Of a stretch of DNA of 64,000 nt, positions 1 to 11,350 are shown one piece after another. The position numbers were made by a program, and so were the translations under genes. Origin of the DNA: Eledone cirrhosa (taxonomy: Eukaryota); NCBI GenBank assembly GCA_964016885.1, contig OZ024740.1:126418001-126482000 (forward strand), read 5' to 3'. How positions within the stretch are numbered: position 1 is the stretch's first letter; each line of letters starts with the position of its first letter. The notes under the pieces are model-generated. The model was not told the origin of the DNA and searched no databases. It saw only the letters and a list, made by a program, of their open reading frames with translations.

Positions 1-901
1 TTTGGAATGGTTTTCTGTATTGCATTCAGGAATTGCGAGCATGGTGTTTACCTCCGATATCGAACCTCAGGCAGCATATTTAACATCAGGCGCTTTGCTG
101 CGAAGACAAAGGTGTTTACATCAATCATAAGAGACCTCTTGTATGCAGATGATTGCGATCTTGTAGCGCACACAGAGAGTGATATGCAGCACATTTTGAA
201 TGCATTTTCTGACGCTTGCACTGCCCTGGGTTTGACTGTCAGTCTCAAGAAAACCGTCGTCATGTACCAACCTGCCCCTAGTAAGCAGTACACTGAGCCA
301 AACATCTATGTGTATGGCAAACGACTTGGAGTGGTTGATCAGTTTGTCTACCTGGGAAGCACTGTCAATCGATACGGCAACCTTGACAGTGAAATCTCAC
401 TTAGGATTAGGAAAGCAAGTGATGCTTTCGGAAAGCTAGAAAAGCGACTCTGGGGTCGGCGAGACATATGCAGGTGGACAAAGGTAAAGGTGTACAGGGC
501 ATGTGTACTCTCTTGTCTTCTTTATGCCTGCGAGACCTGGGTCACATATTGACACCACCTTAAGCAATTGGAGCGTTTCCATCAGATGTGTCTCAGACGG
601 ATCCATGGCGTTTACTGGAGGGACCACATCAGTGATGTCGAGATTTTGGAAAGCTCTATGTGTGACAGTATAGAAGCTCTTGTGCTTAAGCAACGACTCC
701 GTTGGAGTGGTCACCTTGCCAGGATGAAGGATTCTAGAATACCAAAACAACTCTTTTATGGTGAGTTGGTTAAAGGAAAACGGCCGCCACATAAACCAAA
801 AAAAGAGGTATAAGGATTCCTTGAAAGCCTCTCTGAAAGACGCTAACATCTCTGCTGATACATGGAAAAATGTTGCTGCTGATCGTAATAAATGGAGAAA
901 G
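1..901 (+). mobile_element. RTE-clade non-LTR retrotransposon, decayed 3' part of RT ORF
   Basis: ORFs 7-552, 568-813 and 758-958 give [42 protein letters not shown] and A.DR.KWRK, typical of the RTE RT C-terminus. In-frame TGA at 550-552 and a frameshift near 805. Ends abruptly at the (CATA)n tract. Confidence 0.9.
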
Positions 902-950
902 ACATACATACATACATACATACATACATACATACATACATACATACATA
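902..950 (+). repeat. (CATA)n tract 1 (~12 units)
   Basis: Perfect tetranucleotide run between the RTE remnant and R4-like copy 1. Confidence 0.97.
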
Positions 951-3900
951 AATGGTGACCGTTGTGGTCAGTGTCCGATAATCGGACGTGTGTAATTACG
1001 GCTTACATGAAGGCAACATACCATATATTGGAAAAAGTTGAGCTACATTACGCGGTAAGATTACATACAATAATTCTACATAAGTGTTTGAACTGTAAGT
1101 GTGTTGTAAAACACCTATTTATATGAACGATACATACACTTATGATATATGAACGATACATACACTTTAACATATAAATGCAACGTTGTTATATTACATT
1201 TATAAAGAAATATACAAGTAACGTTTTCGATTCAGAAACAAAAATATAAGTGTTTGAACTGTGAATATGTTGTGAATAGGTTGTTGAACACCTATTTATA
1301 TGAATGATACATACACTTTAACATATAAATACAGCGTTGTTATATTATATTACATTCATAAAGGAATATACTAATTAACCGTTCTTTTTGTTCACGATTC
1401 AAACGATTCAAGAACAACGTTTAAAACACAGTTGTAAAATTAAAAACTAACTGAAAAGAAATATTACCCAAGCTGTGAATAACTTTAAATTTGATTCTGA
1501 CAGAACTTTGTCGTAACTTTTAAAGAAGATCATCGACTATTTTGAAAAATAAATACGAAATATTAGTGAATAGACGAACACATCATGGCAAAAAGTACAA
1601 GTCTCCTTCGACCAAATCGCGACTACAACCGTTGTACACAGTGGAGCTACGAGCTTAACAAAGTATTATATGAAGCATACAAACAATCTGAACCCCAAAA
1701 GTTCGGTTTTATGCAAAGGCTAAAAACTTTATGGAACTCCAAACACCCAGAATTAGACTTTTCTCCAAAGCATCTAAATGAACAGGCAAAACGTATCATT
1801 AGATGTAAATTGATACATCTAACGGAATTGAGAGATACTACAAATACAGCCCTTGTAGACAACCACCCCACCTCCACTGACAGACAAAGACAATGGCCAG
1901 CTAAATCTAACAGTGAACAGCTCACCAACAATTTTGCTGAAATCCATCCCACTTCCACTGAAGAACAGCGAGAAAGGTCAGCTGACTCTAGTAGTAATTG
2001 TCACCACATCAACAACGAGGCTGAAATTCATGACTCTACTGAACAAACAGAGCACCAAAAACTTGTGGGCACCCTACAAGTGATATGGAACGATATGTTT
2101 CAAGAGATACACAGCCTTAATGTGAGTGACAGACCATACAACACTAGAGTCAGTAAAGAACCCACTAAATTGGAATTGGAAGCGGTGAACGAAATAGCTG
2201 GCAATTATCTGAAGGCTATACGATCTAAAGGTGTAGAAACGACATTTGAAACGCTTAATGTTTTGTTATATGTTTCAGCTGTCACATTGCTATCATATAA
2301 CACACATCTAAAACCACGCAATCAAGATACAAACAGAAAGCCTGAACCAGCGTGGATGCGAAATTTAAAAAGCAAAATTTTGTCCCTGAGACGAAGTATC
2401 TCACACATCGCAGTCGTTATGAAATGCAACATAGAGAGCAACTTCACACGACACCAGGAAGACCTAAAGAAAAAGTTAGAGAGACGATTTGGAGATACAA
2501 AATTTAAAACTTTGAACTCCAAATTACACCAGTTGAAACAACAACTCACAGCTACAACAGAAAGACTAACATATAAGTCAACAGCACATAAACGACAAGT
2601 GCTAAATAGATCGTTTGCCAGAGATCCTAAATCAGTTTATCGCAGCTTCGGTGGCAAAAGCTCAATCCCTGTAAACGACACCCCTTCAAAAGAACAGGTT
2701 GAGAGCTACTGGAGATCTGTATGGGAAACGGATGACGGATTCAACAGACAAGCTAATTGGCTAAAAGAACTGGAACAGGACTACTGCCAACATGTCCAGA
2801 CAAAACAATATGACATAGATGGCTTAATACTGGAAACAGCTCTACAGAAAATGTCGAATAGGAAATCGCCAGGCCCAGACCTCATTACAGGATTCTGGTT
2901 GACGAATTTCACTTTCTATCGGCAAGATCTCATACGGCTGTTTACAGAAACCATTAAGGGCACACAAGAACTGCCCAGATGGTTATCAACTGCCACTACT
3001 CTCCTCATTCCCCAAAATAGCCAAACCACCCTTGCTAAAAATTACCGCCCAATTGCCTGCCAAAACATCATGTATAAATTATATACTGGGTGCCTTAACC
3101 TGTTCTTACAGGATCACTGTGCTACCAACAACATCATAGCACCTGAGAAATCTAGTGGAAAGAGGGAGGTGTGGGGTTGCATAGATCAACTACTAACTAA
3201 CAAAATGATTCAGGAAAAAACAACAAAGAATCCCAGAAACATGACTGTCGTGTGGCTGGACTATCAAAAAGCATTTGATAGTGTACCTCATGGGTGGATT
3301 ATTAAGGCTTTACAGTTACCTAAAGTCCCACAACCATTGGTAGCTGCTGTTGAACGCCTGACCAAGAACTGGTACACCAATTTGATCCTTAGAGGTGAGA
3401 AGGAGCAGGTTAAGACTGATAAGATACATTACCAGAAGGGCATCTTTCAGGGTGATAGCTTGTCAGTGCTACTCTTCGTTCTCTCACTGAATCCACTATC
3501 TTACCTACTCAGGAAACAAGGTGGACAAAGAAGTGGGCCCAGAAGTATCTCCCATCTTTTCTTTGTTGATGACCTGAAGTTGTATGGGCCAAATATCAAT
3601 GACATCAAGAAACAATTGTACCTCATTACACAATTTTCAACCGACATCAAAATGAAATTTGGTGAGTCCAAGTGTGCATATTTGGCAGTAAAACGTGGAA
3701 GAGCTGTGCCCTTCTCTAGAAATCTAGAGATGAACGGCCTGACAATATAACCTCTGCAGTCAGGTGACAACTACAGATATCTTGGGCAGGATGAGAATGT
3801 CAGATATGATGGACCCATAAATAAGGAGAGAACCAGAACTGAATGCCTCAGAAGAGTAAAGAAAATATGGTCATCAGAGCTGTCAGCATACAACAAATAC

Positions 3901-5156
3901 ATTGCCCACAATACTTATGCTGTGGCAATTCTAACGCCAACATTTGGCCTACTGAACTGGTCATTGCAAGAACTAAGCGAGATGGATGTTAAAACTCGAA
4001 AACTTCTCAGTGTTACTGGGAACTTTAACATCAATGGTGATGTGGATAGGCTATACTTCTCACGCAAGGAAGGTGGCCGGAGTCTAAAATCAATATTAAC
4101 AACATATGAGACCCGGATAGTAACACTGAAGCAACACCTTCAACAGAGGAAAAAGGTTGGCAACCATCTTGCCCAGGTTTATGAGCATGAAAAAAGAAAT
4201 ATCATTAGAATAACGACTGATCTGGAGGAGAGATATGGAATAAAGCCTGATATAAATCTCTCACCCAGAGAAATCGGAAGATCCTATTCAATGTTCAAAC
4301 AAGATTAAAAAATTGACCAATTTACAGAAAAAGTTGTGCATGGATACTTGAGGCGTAAAACACAGACCATAGAGGGGATAAACCACTCAAAAAGCCTGGC
4401 TTGGAGTTCCGACAAGTTTATGACATCACACCAACACAGGAACAAGAACTCCCTTCCAAATATCTGCTGCACAAAAGAGGAGGGCCAGCAGCTGACAATA
4501 AATGTAGGCTATGTAAAACAAAGATCGAGGATGTAAGCCACATTGTTGCCAGCTGCGAAAGAATGTCATCTCGCTACTACCTCCCCATGAGACACGATGG
4601 GATAGCCAGAACCATCTGGAACGCACTTCGGAAAACAAAATTAACAACAAACGAGGAAGAATATATTGAGACAGATGGCACTAGGGAATACTGGTGTAAC
4701 CTGAAAATAAAAACTGTCACCAAATTAAAGCACAACCGGCCTGATATTGTAGTTTGGGACCACACATTGAAAACGTGTTCTGTTGTGGAGATCAGCTGCC
4801 CACTTGCTGTAAACGTTGTCAGAAAAATACAGGAGAAGGAGGACATCTACGGACCATTGATGAGGAGTTTACAAATCCAGTATCCAAGATACACCTTTAG
4901 CTTCATACCCATCATTATTGGTGCTACGGGTTATATACCAACCCGCTTGGACCAAAGTATGACTGCACTTGGATTTGCGGACAAAAAGCGCAGCTGCCTA
5001 ATTCATAGTCTACAAATGGCTGCGATAGCTGGCACCTTCAACATTTGCAAAACATTCTTGCGATTCAAGGGATGACAATTTCTTTTCGTTTACAACCTTG
5101 CCACCAGGAAGGTGGCCGGTCAAAAAAATATACTCGAAATTAAGAGAATGAGAAGA
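951..5156 (+). mobile_element. R4/Dong-like RLE non-LTR retrotransposon, copy 1 (full length, inactivated)
   Basis: Near-identical to copy 3 along its length, starting AATGGTGACCGTTGTGGTC and ending GAGAATGAGAAGA before (CATA)n. Confidence 0.93.
1585..5075 (+). pseudogene. Disrupted RT-RLE polyprotein of copy 1
   Basis: Stops at 3748-3750 (CAA>TAA versus copy 3) and 4306-4308, a ~20-bp deletion/frameshift near 4432, and EQAGG>EKSSG. Confidence 0.92.
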
Positions 5157-5220
5157 CATACATACATACATACATACATACATACATACATACATACATA
5201 CATACATACATACATACATA
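5157..5220 (+). repeat. (CATA)n tract 2 (16 units)
   Basis: Perfect run between copies 1 and 2. Confidence 0.97.
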
Positions 5221-5879
5221 CTGGTGGAACCTGAAAATAAAAACTGCCACCAAATTAAAGCACAACCGGCCTGATATTGTAGTTTGGGACCACACATTGA
5301 AAACGTGTTCTGTTGTGGAGATCAGCTGCCCACTTGCTGTAAACGTTGTCAGAAAAATACAGGAGAAGGAGGACATCTACGGACCATTGATGAGGAGTTT
5401 ACAAATCCAGTATCCAAGATACACCTTTAGCTTCATACCCATCATTATTGGTGCGGTGGATTAGCAGTATCGGTAGAGGGTCAGACGCCATGCTTTCCGG
5501 CATAGTTACGTCCCTTTACGATCTGAGTTCAAATCCCGCCGAGGTTGACTTTGCCTTTCATCCTTACGGGGTCGATAAAATAAAGTACCAGTAATGCACT
5601 GGGTAATTGCTGGCCTTGTGCCTAAAGTAGAAACAATTATTGGTGCTACGGGTTATATACCAACCCGCTTGGACCAAAGTATGACTGAACTTGGATTTGC
5701 GGACAAAAAGCGCAGCTCCCTAATTCATAGTCTGCAAATGGCTGCGATAGCTGGCACCTTCAAAATTTTGCAAAACATTCTTGCGATTCAAGGGATGACA
5801 ATTTCTTTTCTTTTACAATCTTGCCACCAGGAAGGTGGCCGGTCAAAGAAATATACTCGAAATTAAGAGAAAGAGAAGA
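5221..5879 (+). mobile_element. R4/Dong-like copy 2, heavily 5'-truncated, interrupted by a SINE
   Basis: Matches the RLE-coding 3' end and 3' UTR of copy 3 (from ~9514), split by the SINE at 5455-5635. Confidence 0.93.
5455..5635 (+). mobile_element. tRNA-derived SINE with 11-bp target-site duplication
   Basis: A-box-like TAGCAGTATCGG, B-box GAGTTCAAATCC, core GCCTTTCATCCTTACGGGGTCGATAAAATAAAGTACCAG. TSD ATTATTGGTGC at 5444-5454 and 5636-5646. Confidence 0.93.
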
Positions 5880-5921
5880 CATACATACATACATACATAC
5901 ATACATACATACATACATACA

Positions 5922-5950
<29 letters not shown>
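5880..5950 (+). repeat. (CATA)n tract 3 (~17 units)
   Basis: Perfect run between copies 2 and 3. Confidence 0.97.
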
Positions 5951-5952
<2 letters not shown>

Positions 5953-5953
<1 letters not shown>

Positions 5954-8900
5954 ATGGCGACCGTTGTGGTCAGTGTCCGATAATCGGACGTGTGTAATTA
6001 CGGCTTACATGAAGGCAACATACCATATATTGGAAAAAGTTGAGCTACATTACGCGGTAAGATTACATACAATAATTCTACATAAATGTTTGAACTGTAA
6101 GTATGTTGTAAAACACCTATTTATATGAACGATACATACACTTATGATATATGAACGATACATACACTTTAACATATAAATGCAACGTTGTTATATTACA
6201 TTTATAAAGAAATATTACATTTATATAAAACACAGTTGTAGAATTAAAAACTAACTGAAAAGAAATATTACTCAAGCTGTGAATAACTTTAAATTTGATT
6301 CTGACAGAACTTTGTCGTAACTTTTAAAGAAGATCATCGACTATTTTGAAAAATAAATACGAAATATTAGTGAATAGACGAACTCATCATGGCAAAAAGT
6401 ACAAGTCTCCTTCGACCAAATCGCAATTACAACCGTTGTACACAGTGGACCTACGAGTTTAACAAAGTATTATATGAAGCATACAAACAATCTGAACCCC
6501 AAAAGTTCGGTTTTATGCAAAGGCTAAAAACTTTATGGAACTCCAAACACCCAGAATTAGACTTTTCTCCAAAGCATTTAAATGAACAGGCAAAACGTAT
6601 CATTAGATGTAAATTGATACATCTAACGGAATCGAGTGATACTACAAATACAGCCCTTGTAGACAACCACCCCACCTCCACTGACAGACAAAGAGAATGG
6701 CCGGCTAAATCTAACAGTGAACAGCTCACCAACAATTTTGCTGAAATTCATCCCACTTCCACTGAAGAACAGCGAGAAAGGTCAGCTGACTCTAGTAGTA
6801 ATTGTCACCACATCAACAACGAGGCTGAAATTCATGACTCTACTGAACAAACAGAGCACCAAAAACTTGTGGGCTCCCTACAAGTGATATGGAATGATAT
6901 GTTTCAAGAGATACACAGCCTTAATGTGAGTGACAGACCATACAACACTAGAGTCAGTAAAGAACCCACTAAATTGGAATTGGAAGCGGTGAACGAAATA
7001 GCTGGCAATTATCTGAAGGCTATACGATCTAAAGGTGTAGAAACGACATTTGAAACGCTTAATGTTTTGTTATATGTTTCAGCTGTCACATTGCTAGCAT
7101 ATAACACACATCTAAAACCACGCAATCAAGATACAAACAGAAAGCCTGAACCAGCGTGGATGCGAAATTTAAAAACCAAAATTTTGTCCCTGAGACGAAG
7201 TATCTCACACATCGCAGTCGTTATGAAATGCAACATAGAGAGCAACTTCACACAACACCAGGAAGACCTAAAGAAAAAGTTAGAGAGAAGATTTGGAGAT
7301 ACAAAATTTAAAACTTTGAACTCCAAATTACACCAGTTGAAACAACAACTCACAGCTACAACAGAAAGACTAAAATATAAGTCAACAGCACATAAACGAC
7401 AAGTGCTAAATAGATTGTTTGCCAGAGATCCTAAATCAGTTTATCGCAGCTTCGGTGGCAAAAGCTCAATCTCTGTAAATGACACCCCTTCAAAAGAACA
7501 GGTTGAGAGCTACTGGAGATCTGTATGGGAAACGGATGACGGATTCAACAGACAAGCTAATTGGCTAAAAGAACTGGAACAGGACTACTGCCAACATGTC
7601 CAGACAAAACAATATGACATAGATGGGTCAATACTGGAAACAGCTCTACAGAAAATGTCGAATAGGAAATCGCCAGGCCCAGACCTCATTACAGGATACT
7701 GGTTGAAGAATTTCACTTTCTATCGGCAAGATCTCATACGGCTGTTTACAGAAACCATTAAGGGCACACAAGAACTGCCCAGATGGTTATCAACTGCCAC
7801 TACTCTCCTCATTCCCAAAAATAGCCAAACCACCCTTGCTAAAAATTACCGCCCAATTGCCTGCCAAAACATCATGTATAAATTATATACTGGGTGCCTT
7901 AACCTGTTCTTACAGGATCACTGTGCTACCAACAACATCATAACACCTGAGCAAGCTGGTGGAAAGAGGGAGGTGTGGGGTTGCATAGATCACCTACTAA
8001 CTAACAAAATGATTCAGCAAAAAACAACAAAGAATCGCAGAAATATGACTGTCGTGTGGCTGGACTATCAAAAAGCATTTGATAGTGTACCTCATGGGTG
8101 GATTGTTAAGGCTTTACAGTTAGCTAAAGTCCCACAACCATTGGTAGCTGCTGTTGAACGCCTGACCAAGAACTGGTACACCAGTTTGATCCTTAGAGGT
8201 GAGAAGGAGCAGGTTAGGACTGATAAGATACATTACCAGAAGGGCATCTTTCAGGGTGATAGCTTGTCGGTGCTACTCTTCGTTCTCTCACTGAATCCAC
8301 TATCTTACTTACTCAGGAAACAAGGTCGACAAAGAAGTGGGACCAGAAGTATCTCCCATCTTTTCTTTGTTGATGACCTGAAGTTGTATGGGCCAAATAT
8401 CAATGACATCAAGAAACAATTGGACCTCATTACACAATTTTCAACCGACATCAAAATGAAATTTGGTGAGTCCAAGTGTGCATATTTGGCAGTAAAACGT
8501 GGAAGAGCTGTGCCCTCCTCTAGAAATCTAGAGATGAACGGCCTGACAATACAACCTCTGCAGTCAGGTGACAACTACAGATATCTTGGACAGGATGAGA
8601 ATGTCAGATATGATGGACCCATAAATAAGGAGAAAACCAGAACTGAATACCTCAGAAGAGTAAAGAAAATATGGTCATCAGAACTGTCAGCATACAACAA
8701 ATACATTGCCCACAATACTTATGCTGTGCCAATTCTAACGCCAACATTTGGCCTACTGAACTGGTCATTGCAAGAACTAAGTGAGATGGATGTTAGAACT
8801 CGAAAACTTCTCAGTGTTACTGGGAACTTTAACATCAATGGTGATGTGGATAGGCTATACTTCTCACGCAAGGAAGGTGGCCGGGGTCTAAAATCAATAT

Positions 8901-9979
8901 TAACAACATATGAGACCCGGATAGTGACACTGAAGCAACACCTTCAACAGAGGAAAAAGGTTGGCAACCATCTTGCCCAGGTTTATGACCATGAAAAAAG
9001 AAATATCATTAGAATAGCGACTGATCTGGAGGAGAGATATGGAATAAAGCCCGATATAAATCTCTCACCCAGAGAAATCGGAAGATCCTATTCAATGTTC
9101 AAACAAGAAAAAAAAATTGACCAATTTACAGAAAAAGTTGTGCATGGATACTTGAGGCGTAAAACACAGACCATAGAGGGGATAAACCACTCAAAAAGCC
9201 TGGCATGGAGTTCCGACAAGTTTATGACATCACACCTTGAGGGATATCTCTATGCAATACAGGAACAAGAACTCCCTACCAAATATCTGCTGCACAAAAG
9301 AGGAGGGCCAGCAGCTGACAATAAATGTAGGCTATGTAAAACAAAGATCGAGGATGTAAGCCACATTGTTGCCAGCTGCGAAAGAATGTCATCTCGCTAC
9401 TACCTCCCCATGAGACACGATGGGATAGCTAGAACCATCTGGAACGCACTTCGGAAAACAAAATTAACAACAAACGAGGAAGAATATATTGAGACAGATG
9501 GCACTAAGGAATACTGGTGGAACCTGAAAATAAAAACTGCCACCAGATTAAAGCACAACCGGCCTGATATTGTAGTTTGGGACCACACATTGAAAACGTG
9601 TTCTGTTGTGGAGATCAGCTGCCCACTTGATGTAAACGTTGTCAGAAAAATACAGGAGAAGGAGGACATCTACGGACCATTGATGAGGAGTTTACAAATG
9701 CAGTATCCAAGATACACCTTTAGCTTCATACCCATCATTATTGGTGCTACGGGTTATATACCAACCCGCTTGGACCAAAGTATGACTGAACTTGGATTTG
9801 CGGACAAAAAGCGCAGCTCCCTAATTCATAGTCTACAAATGGCTGCGATAGCTGGCACCTTCAAAATTTGCAAAACATTCTTGCGATTCAAGGGATGACA
9901 ATTTCTTTTCTTTTACAACCTTGCCACCAGGAAGGTGGCCGGTCAAAAAAATATACTGAAAATTAAGAGAAAGAGAAAA
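5953..9979 (+). mobile_element. R4/Dong-like RLE non-LTR retrotransposon, copy 3 (apparently intact)
   Basis: ~435-nt 5' UTR, single long ORF, ~80-nt 3' UTR, no poly(A); flanked by (CATA)n on both sides. Confidence 0.94.
6389..9898 (+). CDS. 1169-aa reverse transcriptase / CCHC zinc finger / restriction-like endonuclease polyprotein
   Basis: RT motifs KSPGPD, NYRPIAC, WLDYQKAFDSVPH, GIFQGDSLS, HLFFVDDLK. C-terminal CRLC-x8-H-x4-C, RHD, RPDIVVWD, VEISCP and K.DIY, matching the PD-(D/E)xK RLE architecture of R2-group elements (R4-like). Confidence 0.95.
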   Translation: MAKSTSLLRPNRNYNRCTQWTYEFNKVLYEAYKQSEPQKFGFMQRLKTLWNSKHPELDFSPKHLNEQAKRIIRCKLIHLTESSDTTNTALVDNHPTSTDRQREWPAKSNSEQLTNNFAEIHPTSTEEQRERSADSSSNCHHINNEAEIHDSTEQTEHQKLVGSLQVIWNDMFQEIHSLNVSDRPYNTRVSKEPTKLELEAVNEIAGNYLKAIRSKGVETTFETLNVLLYVSAVTLLAYNTHLKPRNQDTNRKPEPAWMRNLKTKILSLRRSISHIAVVMKCNIESNFTQHQEDLKKKLERRFGDTKFKTLNSKLHQLKQQLTATTERLKYKSTAHKRQVLNRLFARDPKSVYRSFGGKSSISVNDTPSKEQVESYWRSVWETDDGFNRQANWLKELEQDYCQHVQTKQYDIDGSILETALQKMSNRKSPGPDLITGYWLKNFTFYRQDLIRLFTETIKGTQELPRWLSTATTLLIPKNSQTTLAKNYRPIACQNIMYKLYTGCLNLFLQDHCATNNIITPEQAGGKREVWGCIDHLLTNKMIQQKTTKNRRNMTVVWLDYQKAFDSVPHGWIVKALQLAKVPQPLVAAVERLTKNWYTSLILRGEKEQVRTDKIHYQKGIFQGDSLSVLLFVLSLNPLSYLLRKQGRQRSGTRSISHLFFVDDLKLYGPNINDIKKQLDLITQFSTDIKMKFGESKCAYLAVKRGRAVPSSRNLEMNGLTIQPLQSGDNYRYLGQDENVRYDGPINKEKTRTEYLRRVKKIWSSELSAYNKYIAHNTYAVPILTPTFGLLNWSLQELSEMDVRTRKLLSVTGNFNINGDVDRLYFSRKEGGRGLKSILTTYETRIVTLKQHLQQRKKVGNHLAQVYDHEKRNIIRIATDLEERYGIKPDINLSPREIGRSYSMFKQEKKIDQFTEKVVHGYLRRKTQTIEGINHSKSLAWSSDKFMTSHLEGYLYAIQEQELPTKYLLHKRGGPAADNKCRLCKTKIEDVSHIVASCERMSSRYYLPMRHDGIARTIWNALRKTKLTTNEEEYIETDGTKEYWWNLKIKTATRLKHNRPDIVVWDHTLKTCSVVEISCPLDVNVVRKIQEKEDIYGPLMRSLQMQYPRYTFSFIPIIIGATGYIPTRLDQSMTELGFADKKRSSLIHSLQMAAIAGTFKICKTFLRFKG

Positions 9980-10071
9980 CATACATACATACATACATAC
10001 ATACATACATACATACATACATACATACATACATACATACATACATACATACATACATACATACATACATA
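9980..10071 (+). repeat. (CATA)n tract 4 (~23 units)
   Basis: Perfect run closing the array. Confidence 0.97.
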
Positions 10072-10267
10072 AGCAAGAAAGTGTTGGTAAAATCCAGTAC
10101 TTCTGTATGCGGATAGTGAGCACTCAACGACGATATAAGTTCCGGAGTTATAATAGTGACGAAACATAAGTCAATTGTATGAACTCATAATCCTTTATTT
10201 ACTGCAATATATTTTTTGATGATAGCCATTCAATGGCTATCATCGAAACATATATATTCTGTTCCTT

Positions 10268-10490
10268 CTGTTGCTGTCGTTGGTGTTGTTATTGTTGTCG
10301 GTGTTGTTGCTGCTGCTGCTGCTGTTATTGTTGTCGTTGTTGTTGCTGCTGCTGCTGTTACAGTTGCCGTTATTTTTGCTGCTACTGTTAATACTGATGT
10401 TGAGGATGCTGGCAGTGGTAGCGACAGTCCGGCTAGTAGAATTTGTAGTGGTGTTAGTTTTAGTGGGTGTGGTGGTGGTGGTGGTGGTGC
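10268..10490. repeat. Compound (GTT/GCT/GGT)n trinucleotide low-complexity tract
   Basis: Imperfect GTT, GCT and GGT runs. Confidence 0.85.
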
Positions 10491-10880
10491 CGTTTGCAAC
10501 AGGTATGCTATTGTCTTTTGATTCGTTGGAAACGAATATCCGTGCTTGGCTGCTACTAGTTAAATTTTTAACACAGCTGGTTGTGTCACTGCTATTGACT
10601 GAAACACGGCTGTTTTCTTTATTATACAAGCCGCTCTTCTATTTTTCGTTTTTCTTATCTTTCAAAATTGGGGGAGCGTGTTTGCAAAACGAAGCACCAA
10701 TTTAGACCCGAAAGCTTGCACATATGGTAAAAATGGCCACCTCACAAGGAAGATGAGTCCTTTATCTTGAAACCAATAATACAATTCATAATAAAAAAAG
10801 AAAATTATTTAACAATCGAAATAATGACGAAATCACGAGCTCACAAATTTCATCTTAGTTCAACAACCAATAATAATAAA

Positions 10881-11350
10881 AATGATTTCTACTAGAGGCA
10901 CAAGGCCTAATAATACCAATGATTTCTACTATAGGCACAAGGCCTAATAATACCAATGATTTCTACTATAGGCACAAGGCCTAATAATACCAATGATTTC
11001 TTCTATAGGCACAAGGCCTAATAATACCAATGATTTCTACTATAGGCACAAGGCCTAATAATACCAATGATTTCTACTATAGGCACAAGGCCTAATAATA
11101 CCAATGATTTCTACTATAGGCACAAGGCCTAATAATACCAATGATTTCTACTATAGGCACAAGGCCTAATAATACCAATGATTTCTTCTATAGGCACAAG
11201 GCCTAATAATACCAATGATTTCTACTATAGGCACAAGGCCTAATAATACCAATGATTTCTACTATAGGCACAAGGCCTAATAATACCAATGATTTCTACT
11301 ATAGGCACAAGGCCTAATAATACCAATGATTTCTTCTATAGGCACAAGGC
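10881..11350 (-). repeat. 37-bp tandem array (~12.7 units) derived from the SINE 3' tail
   Basis: Unit AATGATTTCTACTATAGGCACAAGGCCTAATAATACC. Its reverse complement resembles the SINE end GGCCTTGTGCCTAAAGTAGAAACAATTATT. Confidence 0.93.

Noticed and set aside
5455-5540. tRNA gene
   Set aside because: A/B boxes belong to a multi-copy SINE head with TSDs; no cloverleaf.
1647-9669. Antisense ORFs repeated in the R4-like copies
   Set aside because: Shadows of the sense ORF; their repetition only reflects copy identity.
10216-10705. Poly-V/A/T/N/L ORFs resembling mucin or membrane proteins (also 58269-58860, 61188-61877, 62430-62711)
   Set aside because: Trinucleotide low-complexity DNA open in several frames, with no domain or splice evidence.
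10881-11350. CRISPR array (37-bp repeats)
   Set aside because: Units are contiguous with no unique spacers, there are no cas genes, the context is eukaryotic, and the unit derives from the SINE tail.
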